Positions 29,705-37,643 of a DNA stretch of 64,000 nucleotides are shown here, in pieces. Location: positions 9,382-73,381 of the forward strand of contig JAVJWO010000049.1 of the NCBI GenBank assembly GCA_040222015.1. The letters are read 5' to 3'. Positions within the stretch are counted from its first letter, which is position 1, and each line of letters starts with the position of its first letter. The notes below the pieces were generated by a model that saw nothing but the letters and a program-made list of their open reading frames with translations, ran no database searches and had not been told where the DNA came from. This DNA comes from Coleofasciculus chthonoplastes F2-STO-03 (GTDB lineage: Bacteria; Cyanobacteriota; Cyanobacteriia; Cyanobacteriales; Coleofasciculaceae). Both the position numbers and the translations under genes were made by a program.

Positions 29705-32149
29705 ATGATCTATCAACCACCGCGCCCAACGATTCCTGAGAGTACCTGGCAACGTCCGATTGGACAGGGCTGGGAGAATCCCTACACTGTACGCTATGCC
29801 AGTAATCTGGATGATGGACCTTGGCATGGTATGCCCCTTGGTGGGTTTGGCGCAGGTTGTTTGGGGCGATCGCCACGGGGAGATTTTAATCTATGGCATC
29901 TGGATGGGGGAGAACATACCTTTAAATCTTTGCCAGCCTGTCAGTTTAGTGTCTTTGAACAGCCGGAAAACCAAGATGCCCAAGCTTATGCCCTTTGCAC
30001 CGAACCCCCAGAGGATGGCAGTTTGGGTAAATGGCAATGGTATCCCACGTCGCCTAATGTAGAGACCAAAAATGGCGCGTCTCTACCAACGGGAACCTAT
30101 CACGCCCTTTATCCCCGCAGTTGGTTTGTCTACGAGAATGTGTTTCAAACCGAATTAACCTGCCAACAGTTTTCCCCGATTTGGGCAGATTGTTATCAGG
30201 AAAGCAGTTATCCGGTGGCGGTGTTTGAATGGACTGCCCATAATCCCACAGATCAGCCGATTATTTTAAGTATTATGCTCACCTGGCAGAATATGGTGGG
30301 CTGGTTTACCAATGCGATTAAGCATCCCCAAGTTCGGGTACGGGATGATGGGAGTCCGGTTTACGAGTATCAACCCCGTTGGGGAAATAGCACCGGGAAT
30401 TATAATCAATGGATTGTGGATAATTTCCGCGTGGGTTGTCTGTTAGACCGAGTTAGGCTGCGGGATGAGATTGAAGAAGGCGAAGGACAACTCTGTTTTG
30501 CCACGGTGACGAATCCAAGTCAGGAGGTATTCTATCACTGTCGCTGGAATCCCACAGGGGATGGAGCAGACGTGTGGAATACGTTTGCCAGTGACGGGAG
30601 TCTCAGTGATGTGCAAGACGAAACTCCCGCCGAACCCGGAGAACAAATTGCGGGTGCGATCGCGGTACGGGTGAGACTGCGCCCAGGGAGAACCCGCAAA
30701 ATCCCGTTTATCCTGGCTTGGGATTTTCCGGTAACTGAGTTTGCGGCTGGGGTTAAATATTACCGCCGTTATACGGATTTCTTTGGACGCACCGGGAATA
30801 ATGCCTGGTCAATGGTTCGCACCGCCCTTAAACATTCTGACCTTTGGCAAGAGAGAATTTTATCCTGGCAAAATCCAATTTTACAGCGTCATGATTTACC
30901 GAATTGGTTTAAGATGGCGCTGTTTAATGAATTGTATTTGTTATCGGCTGGGGGGACAATTTGGAGTTCGGCAAATGAACGTGATCCTGTGGGTAAGTTC
31001 GGGGTTTTGGAATCTTTTGATTATCGTTGGTACGAAAGTTTAGATGTGCGCCTGTATGGGTCTTTTGCCATCGCAATGTTGTGGTCGCGATTAGATAAAG
31101 CGGTACTGGAAGCCTTTGCCCGGGCAATTCCCACCCGTGATGATACACCCCGGATTATTGGCTACAACCAAGCCACGGCAATTCGCAAAGCCACTGATGC
31201 CACACCCCATGATTTAGGTGCAGCCAATGAACATCCGTGGGAAAAGACCAACTACACCAGTTATCAAGATTGTAATCAATGGAAGGATTTACCCTGTGAT
31301 TTTGTCTTGCAGGTGTATCGAACCTTTGTGTTTACGGGGTCAAAGGATATTGAATTTTTAGCCGAATGTTGGTCAGCTATTGTCAAGGCGCTGGCTTATC
31401 TGAAAACCTTTGATCTCGATGGTGATGGAATTCCGGAAAACTCCGGCGCACCGGATCAGACGTTTGATGATTGGCAGTTGCAGGGTGTTAGTGCTTACTG
31501 TGGTGGGTTATGGTTAGCCGCCTTAGAAGCCGGAAGCGCGATCGCACAAATTCTCCTGGACAATTACACCTTGGTTTCTGCTATTAATCTGCCTGATCCG
31601 GAGTCGATTCAACACACCCTGAACACTTACCATAAATGGCTGCAACAAGCGAAACCGATTTATCAAGAAAAACTCTGGAATGGTCAATATTATCGCCTAG
31701 ATAGCGAAAGTGATTCCGATGTGGTGATGGCAGATCAACTTTGTGGTCAGTTCTATGCCCAATTATTAGGGTTACCGGATATTGTTCCCCCAGAATGCAC
31801 CCAATCAGCCTTAAAAACGGTTTACGAGTCTTGTTTTTTAAAGTTCCATAATGCCGAATTCGGTGCAGCCAATGGGGTAAAACCTGATGGTTCTCCCGAA
31901 TATCCCGATGCAACCCATCCCTTAGAGGTGTGGACAGGGATTAATTTTGGACTAGCCGCTTTTTTAATTCAATTGGGAATGAGAGATGAAGCCTTAAAGG
32001 TGACAGAATCAGTGGTGCGACAGGTGTATGAAAATGGGTTACAATTTCGCACCCCAGAAGCGATTACACCTGTTGGCACATTTCGGGCAGGTCATTATTT
32101 GCGGGCGATGGCAATTTGGGCAGTTTATTTGACGTTGAGTCAATCCTAG
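29705..32149 (+). CDS. GH116 (GBA2-like) glycoside hydrolase
   Basis: GMPLGGFGAG, ALFNELY, YESLDVR, PHDLG, WKDL, PDQTFDDW and QFRTPEA motifs. Confidence 0.92.
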   Translation: MIYQPPRPTIPESTWQRPIGQGWENPYTVRYASNLDDGPWHGMPLGGFGAGCLGRSPRGDFNLWHLDGGEHTFKSLPACQFSVFEQPENQDAQAYALCTEPPEDGSLGKWQWYPTSPNVETKNGASLPTGTYHALYPRSWFVYENVFQTELTCQQFSPIWADCYQESSYPVAVFEWTAHNPTDQPIILSIMLTWQNMVGWFTNAIKHPQVRVRDDGSPVYEYQPRWGNSTGNYNQWIVDNFRVGCLLDRVRLRDEIEEGEGQLCFATVTNPSQEVFYHCRWNPTGDGADVWNTFASDGSLSDVQDETPAEPGEQIAGAIAVRVRLRPGRTRKIPFILAWDFPVTEFAAGVKYYRRYTDFFGRTGNNAWSMVRTALKHSDLWQERILSWQNPILQRHDLPNWFKMALFNELYLLSAGGTIWSSANERDPVGKFGVLESFDYRWYESLDVRLYGSFAIAMLWSRLDKAVLEAFARAIPTRDDTPRIIGYNQATAIRKATDATPHDLGAANEHPWEKTNYTSYQDCNQWKDLPCDFVLQVYRTFVFTGSKDIEFLAECWSAIVKALAYLKTFDLDGDGIPENSGAPDQTFDDWQLQGVSAYCGGLWLAALEAGSAIAQILLDNYTLVSAINLPDPESIQHTLNTYHKWLQQAKPIYQEKLWNGQYYRLDSESDSDVVMADQLCGQFYAQLLGLPDIVPPECTQSALKTVYESCFLKFHNAEFGAANGVKPDGSPEYPDATHPLEVWTGINFGLAAFLIQLGMRDEALKVTESVVRQVYENGLQFRTPEAITPVGTFRAGHYLRAMAIWAVYLTLSQS

Positions 32150-32157
32150 GGGCTTGG

Positions 32158-32260
32158 TAAGCTGTCATGCATTTAAATTGGGTATAGGTAGTGAGCAAGA
32201 TGCTCACACTACAAAAATTTCCCCATTCTTGATATTACGGTTTAAATGCCAAACAGCTTA
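32158..32260. mobile_element. 103-bp TA-flanked MITE with internal REP GTAGTGAGCAAGATGCTCACACTAC
   Basis: TAAGCTGTCATGCATTTAAA...TTTAAATGCCAAACAGCTTA; its end coincides with the stop codon of the pyruvyl transferase gene. Confidence 0.85.
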
Positions 32261-33190
32261 ACCAAGGGGCTTGCCACACTCATTGCTTAATTGATGTAAT
32301 TTTTCTTCTAATTCCGTAATACGTTGTTCAAGTTGCTGCTCATCGCTTAACCTTGGCTGGGCAGTTTGAGCGATACGGATAAGCTGCATTGTAACTGATT
32401 CTTGATCTCCCCCGATATAGCTTAAGCCATTCCAGGGATTTTGTTTGAGCCAATTGAACCAATGACGAGTCGCCCTCATGGAGGAACGAATACCCCGTGC
32501 GACAGGTGGATAGGCGTGAATCAGAGGGGAAATATACCAGGGGTGATAGTCCACATTCATGGATGCACACCAATCCTGCCATTTGAAGGCAAGAATTCTG
32601 GCGCTAGTATGTACTGGAATCCAGGGAACTCGTAGCGCATCCGCCGCGATCGCACCATGCATGGCTTCGGCTAATAGCACCTGGGTGTGGTCAATCTCTG
32701 ACAAGACTTGCTCCACTGAGTCACGGGGATCGATATACTTAAATCCAATATCTGAGCAGATTGATTGCCACGTTGTATCTGCATAAGTTGCATGATGGAT
32801 ATGGGGGATAAACCCAAAGCGATGGGTTTTATTTCCCGTACCTTTAAAGAGGCGTTTGATTAAAATAGCACCATCGGCTACCGCTAAATTAGCGGGTAAA
32901 CCTAGGGATTGAGCCGATAAGGGTCCGCGAACAGAGTAAATTTTCCATGATGCTGGAATTACAGAGAGAGGTTTTTCATACCCAACACCTGTACTAAAAA
33001 TAATCACTCGCTCCGCTTTGGGGAGGCGATGGGGGAGTAGACTATTGAATAATGTGCCAATTCCCACAAAAATGGTTGTTTCATCCTGATCGAAGAAATC
33101 CGGCAGCAATTGATGCCATAACCAGGGATTGAGGGCATCACCAAAGTTGTTTAAGTTATCTCGACGGTGGTAATAAAAGAGTTTGGTCAT
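32258..33190 (-). CDS. Polysaccharide pyruvyl transferase (ExoV-like)
   Basis: NFGDALNPWLW, SVRGPLSA, AEAMHGAIAADALRVPW and FKWQDW motifs. Confidence 0.88.
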   Translation of the reverse strand: MTKLFYYHRRDNLNNFGDALNPWLWHQLLPDFFDQDETTIFVGIGTLFNSLLPHRLPKAERVIIFSTGVGYEKPLSVIPASWKIYSVRGPLSAQSLGLPANLAVADGAILIKRLFKGTGNKTHRFGFIPHIHHATYADTTWQSICSDIGFKYIDPRDSVEQVLSEIDHTQVLLAEAMHGAIAADALRVPWIPVHTSARILAFKWQDWCASMNVDYHPWYISPLIHAYPPVARGIRSSMRATRHWFNWLKQNPWNGLSYIGGDQESVTMQLIRIAQTAQPRLSDEQQLEQRITELEEKLHQLSNECGKPLG

Positions 33191-33250
33191 TTGTTATTGG
33201 TCATTAGTCATTGGTCATTGGTCATTAGTCATTGGTCATTGGTCATTTGT
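33184..33250. repeat. Heptamer tandem repeat (GGTCATT)n, STRR-like
   Basis: About 9 imperfect units between two co-oriented genes. Confidence 0.9.
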
Positions 33251-34287
33251 ACTTTATTCAGTATCTTCTGCTTGACTCGTTCTAGGTTAAAAATTAGGGC
33301 GTTGCGTTGGAAACTGAGGTGTTGAGAGAACCGAGACTGATTGCACCAGTGATAGTAAGCGGGAATGGCTATATCCGTAAGAAACTTACGCCACTTTGCC
33401 GTAGTTGCTGAAGGGTGTATCGTGGCAGCGCGACGTTTTCCCTGATTCACCATCGCCTGATACAACCTGCGATCGCCTTTTAATCGTTTCAATGCCGAAA
33501 GGGTTTCCTCAAAAGAGGTGACTTCTAGATAGTCTTGAGGTGAGATTCGTTCGGCTTGATAGGCGGATTCAACTCCCAAAACTGCTGGAACTCCGGCTAG
33601 CCAAGCGTTATAAAGTTTAGTTGCGGGTTTGTGCAGGTAGGGGTGACGTGGGATTTCAGGATGGTGATCAAACCGACGCACGGCGACAATGACATCGACT
33701 TGACTGTAATCATGGCAGCGCGGATCGATATGACGATAGTCACTCCAGTGATTACGGTTAATTATGGGTTGCCACTGTAAACCCAGGGTATCGAGGTGTT
33801 TTTGCCAAGAGGGGTGGAGTAATTCGGGTGCGAGGTTCATCTCATGTCCGAAGAAGGCAATAGTTTCCACGCGATCGCCTCGTGCTGGATCTCGTGGAAT
33901 TAAGCCCGGTTGAGTCCAATGGGGGATATAATAGCTGTTTGTCGTTATTTGAGTCTCTAGGGGATTTTGGACAAGATGAAGTTGAGCATAAGGGTATTGT
34001 CTCAGTTCGGCTTTGAGGCAGATCAGTAGGACATTTCGTCCCGGTTTCAGGGTATCATTATGGGTTCTTAAGGCGTTGCGATGGATGAGAACAATTCCTG
34101 CATCGGGGAATTCCTGAACTAATTCACAGGGAAACCCATCCGCTTTGAGACGTAGGTAAGTTTGTAGAGTCCAAGCATAAATACCCAAACCAAATCCCTG
34201 CCAATTTTCATCCGCGCGATCGGGAAAATTATCCTGCCAATAGGGTTGGGGGATATAAAAGTAGATTGGGGGGAATTGCCCAGCCAT
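33229..34287 (-). CDS. Putative glycosyltransferase of an exopolysaccharide cluster
   Basis: WTLQTYLRL and KPATKLYNAWLAGVPAVLGVESAY motifs (GT-B-like); polysaccharide gene context. Confidence 0.7.
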   Translation of the reverse strand: MAGQFPPIYFYIPQPYWQDNFPDRADENWQGFGLGIYAWTLQTYLRLKADGFPCELVQEFPDAGIVLIHRNALRTHNDTLKPGRNVLLICLKAELRQYPYAQLHLVQNPLETQITTNSYYIPHWTQPGLIPRDPARGDRVETIAFFGHEMNLAPELLHPSWQKHLDTLGLQWQPIINRNHWSDYRHIDPRCHDYSQVDVIVAVRRFDHHPEIPRHPYLHKPATKLYNAWLAGVPAVLGVESAYQAERISPQDYLEVTSFEETLSALKRLKGDRRLYQAMVNQGKRRAATIHPSATTAKWRKFLTDIAIPAYYHWCNQSRFSQHLSFQRNALIFNLERVKQKILNKVQMTNDQ

Positions 34288-34333
34288 AGAAGCGTGACTT
34301 ACTCAAAACTATTACGGTATCCTTATAGTTAAC

Positions 34334-34822
34334 ATGATTGTCGGTACAACCCAAGCGGCTCAAATTTTAAATATCTCTACAGCTCGACTGCGAGTCCTGC
34401 TGCTCCAGGGCAGAGTGCAAGGCGCTTACAAGACCGGGACAATGTGGTTAATGCCTCTGTTTAATGGCAAACCACTGATTCAGCGAGGAAAAAGAGGTCC
34501 GACTCCTCGTTGGCGCAATCCCAGAAAGCCCGCGAAAACGATCATTCACGTTAATTCACACAGAATTCGACAGAATCAAAAACATAACTCACACCAGCCG
34601 GTGATTACGGTGAAGAAGTGGTGCGACTCTGGAACCCTGGTTGGAGCAAAGGAGAAGGCTTCCCAAAAGGGCAATCAGAATATTTATGGTCATGAAGTGG
34701 AAATACCGGGAGGATGCCGTGTTGTTTATCGTCCCGATAGTCCCCGATGTGGTGCAAAGGTTTGGATCGAAACGCTTTATGACGTCAGGGTGATTTCTTG
34801 GCGGGAGGACGGCTCTGGCTGA
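34334..34822 (+). CDS. Excisionase/MerR-like HTH fused to an uncharacterised C-terminal domain
   Basis: TTQAAQILNISTARLRVLLLQGRVQGAYK..W HTH; IHVN..I..N...PVITVK..N.YGHEVEI.G...VY.P...CGAKVWIET domain. Confidence 0.75.
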   Translation: MIVGTTQAAQILNISTARLRVLLLQGRVQGAYKTGTMWLMPLFNGKPLIQRGKRGPTPRWRNPRKPAKTIIHVNSHRIRQNQKHNSHQPVITVKKWCDSGTLVGAKEKASQKGNQNIYGHEVEIPGGCRVVYRPDSPRCGAKVWIETLYDVRVISWREDGSG

Positions 34823-34985
34823 CTTGTACCCAGTGGCGTTAAAGATAGCAGATAGACAGGAAACGTTGTCTTGATTAATTCGCGATCGCGCCCCCTGGGT
34901 GATGCAACCTTGCACCTTTGTCAGTATTCCCTGGTCGAGGATATCAGTATTAATTCGCGATCGCCCTTTGGGTGTGTTAGCTGAC

Positions 34986-36176
34986 TCGGCAAGAAGCCTC
35001 ACGCCATAATCTTCGATTTGGCGTTGAGATGAATTGCCAGTGGAGGGATTTATCCCCCTCAATCAACAATTTAACCAACCCTGCTATTATAGTGTAGGGA
35101 GGTGATAATTTTGAAGCGAAGCAAAGACACATTTAAACTGAATTACCAGTATCGAATTGTTCCCAACAAGCAACAGTCAGTTCAATTAAATGAATGGCTG
35201 TATAAATTATGCCGAATACACAATTTGATGCTAGAGGAACGGTTTAACTGGTGGGACTGTAATCGTTCCCCTGTCAATGCTTGCTCAATCCTTGTCACCC
35301 ATCTGCCAGAGCTAAAAGAGCAGCCATCATACTATAGCCAAAAACGGGCGACTCATTGGTCAAGAGAGTCTCATCATCACCTATATGATGGCGTTCACTC
35401 TCAAGTTATTCAGGAGGCAATCAAGAGAGTAGAGGATACGTTCAATCGCTTCCTAAAAGGTGATTTCAAACGGCGACGGAGTGGTAAACCTAGATTCAAG
35501 TCTGTTAAGCGGTACAGAACATTCTCTTTCCCTCAAATTAAGGCGGATTGCCTTACAGTTATTACCAATCCTCATAAGCGCAAGAACGGAGAAGCCAGAC
35601 GAGACATAGCTGACATCAATCTACCTAAGATTGGTCAGGTTAAGGTCATTTATCACCGTTCAATCCCTTCAGGGTTCACTATTAAAGCAGCGCTAATTTC
35701 TCGGAAAGCAGATGGTTGGTACATAACACTAACACTTAAAGATAAATCGGTTCCAAGTTTAACGTCGCCAGAGATAGAGGCGACTGAGGATAATTCTATT
35801 GGAATTGATGTAGGTTTAGAGAAGTTTTGGACGAGTCAGGTTTAAACAAATCAATCAATGATGCTGGTTGGAGTCAATTTTTGTCAATTCTTGCTTACAA
35901 AGCTGCAAAAGCTGGTAAGACGGTGGTGAAAGTTAAACCCCAAAATACAAGCAAAATATGCTCTTGTTGTAATCGTCTAGTTAAAAAAGATTTGTCAGTC
36001 CGAATACACGAGTGTCTATGCGGATTAATTCTAGACAGAGATTGGAACGCTGCGATTAACATCAAGAGAGTGGGGCTGGACATATTCCCCACTATAAAAT
36101 GCCCCAAGCGCAGTCGTAAGGCTGCGACAAAGGAAGCCTACACCGTAATCTTTGATTCGGTGTAGGAGGATGTCAC
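34986..36176 (+). mobile_element. IS200/IS605-family (IS1341-like, tnpB-only) element
   Basis: Left-end hairpin GAAGCCTCACGCCATAATCTTCGATTTGGCGTTGAG; right-end hairpin GAAGCCTACACCGTAATCTTTGATTCGGTGTAGG followed by TCAC. Confidence 0.8.
35102..36165 (+). pseudogene. tnpB: TnpB with an internal deletion and frameshift
   Basis: YQYRIVP, GKPRFK, LPKIG and GIDVGLEKF, then a direct jump to [12 protein letters not shown], the Zn finger and [10 protein letters not shown]. The RuvC-II region is missing. Confidence 0.88.
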
Positions 36177-36255
36177 ATATTAGTAGCTAGCTTGCTGGCT
36201 CGCAACCAGAAGGGGAACAATTATTGACGTTATGGTTTAAATGCCGAACAGCTTA
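36177..36255. mobile_element. Partial copy of the TAAGCT..GCATTTAAA MITE abutting the IS right end
   Basis: ttattgacgttatggtttaaatgccgaacagctta matches the MITE end at 26762 and 32260. Confidence 0.65.
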
Positions 36256-36486
36256 GATGTGCGGCAGAGTAAATGTTGTATTTTTTCTCGTACCATTTAA
36301 TTAAAATAATGTCGCCAATATTTCACTAAAATTTACAAAGTTTAAAATTTATTAATATAAACAGAGAAAATTCGGCTTTCTGTATGAAGATTCAGTAAAG
36401 ATGTCCTGTTGACTAATTTTCCGTTGCCGATTACTCCTAATATAAATAACGGACAACGTTTGTGGCTTTCATTGAGTACAGGGCTC

Positions 36487-37617
36487 ATGGTGCATCAATC
36501 GCCATTATCCTCGAAGAATTCCCCGTCATTAGAAATAACGGGTTCTCGGCAATTCACGGCTTGGTTAACCGAGCAACATCTCAGTCTAGCGTTTACTACC
36601 TATCAAGCTGGGAAGGTGTTTTTTATTGGAGTACAGCCAACGGGACAGTTGTCAATCTTTGAGCGCACCTTTGAGCGGTGTATGGGGTTGTGTATCCATG
36701 GTTCTACCCTTTATTTGAGTTCACTTTATCAGTTGTGGCGATTTGAAAATGTTCTAGAAGCGGGACAAGTTCACAACGGGTATGACTGTCTTTATGTACC
36801 GCAAGTGGGTTATGTTACCGGGGATTTAGATGTCCATGATGTGGCAGTGGTCGATCCCCCCCAGCTCTCCTTAACCAGGGAGGAGCAAGAGGTTCCCCCC
36901 CTTTTGAAGGGGTTAAGCGGGGATTATCCCATCTTTGTCAACACCTTATTTAGCTGTTTGGCGACAGTGAGCGAAACCCACAGTTTTGTTCCGGTATGGC
37001 AACCGCCGTTTATTTCTAAGCTGGCAGCGGAAGATCGGTGTCATTTGAATGGTTTAGCGATGGGAGAGGGACAACCGGCGTATGTGACAGCCGTGAGTCA
37101 GTCGGATGTGACGGATGGCTGGCGGGATAAACGGCGCGATGGGGGGTGTGTGGTGGATGTGGCGAGGAATCAGGTGATTGTCACGGGGTTATCGATGCCT
37201 CATTCGCCGCGACTGTATCGGGATAAACTCTGGTTGCTCAATTCTGGCACAGGGGAGTTTGGCTATGTTGATTTGAACCGGGGAGAGTTTGAGTCAGTGG
37301 CGTTTTGTCCCGGTTATTTGCGCGGGTTGGCGTTTAGTGGGGATTTTGCCATTGTTGGGTTGTCGAAGCCGAGGGAAAATCGCACGTTTTCGGGGTTGGC
37401 GTTGGATGAGCAGTTAGAGAGTAAGCAGGCTGAACCGAGGTGTGGGTTGTTGGTGATTGATTTACGCAGTGGGGATATTGTCCATTGGCTGCGAATTGAA
37501 GGGATAGTCACGGAGTTGTATGATGTGGCGGTGTTGCCAGGAATGCGGCGTCCGATGGCAGTTGGGTTTAAAACAGATGAAATTCGGCGTATTGTCAGGG
37601 TTGGTTCGGAGCAATAG
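36487..37617 (+). CDS. TIGR03032/DUF4915 family beta-propeller protein; likely start MVHQSP
   Basis: SLAFTTYQAGK, TGDLDVHD, EDRCHLNGLA, GLSMPHSPR and FCPGYLRGL motifs. Confidence 0.88.
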   Translation: MVHQSPLSSKNSPSLEITGSRQFTAWLTEQHLSLAFTTYQAGKVFFIGVQPTGQLSIFERTFERCMGLCIHGSTLYLSSLYQLWRFENVLEAGQVHNGYDCLYVPQVGYVTGDLDVHDVAVVDPPQLSLTREEQEVPPLLKGLSGDYPIFVNTLFSCLATVSETHSFVPVWQPPFISKLAAEDRCHLNGLAMGEGQPAYVTAVSQSDVTDGWRDKRRDGGCVVDVARNQVIVTGLSMPHSPRLYRDKLWLLNSGTGEFGYVDLNRGEFESVAFCPGYLRGLAFSGDFAIVGLSKPRENRTFSGLALDEQLESKQAEPRCGLLVIDLRSGDIVHWLRIEGIVTELYDVAVLPGMRRPMAVGFKTDEIRRIVRVGSEQ

Positions 37618-37643
37618 TAACTGAAATTTAACGGGAGAATACT

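Noticed and set aside
34874..34974. Mini-CRISPR array for the adjacent TnpB
   Set aside because: Two HIP1-based units lying outside the IS left end; the TnpB has ordinary IS605 ends and is broken.
34589..35062. 157-aa minus-strand ORF
   Set aside because: Antisense to the HTH gene and spans the IS end and HIP1 repeats; no recognisable domain.
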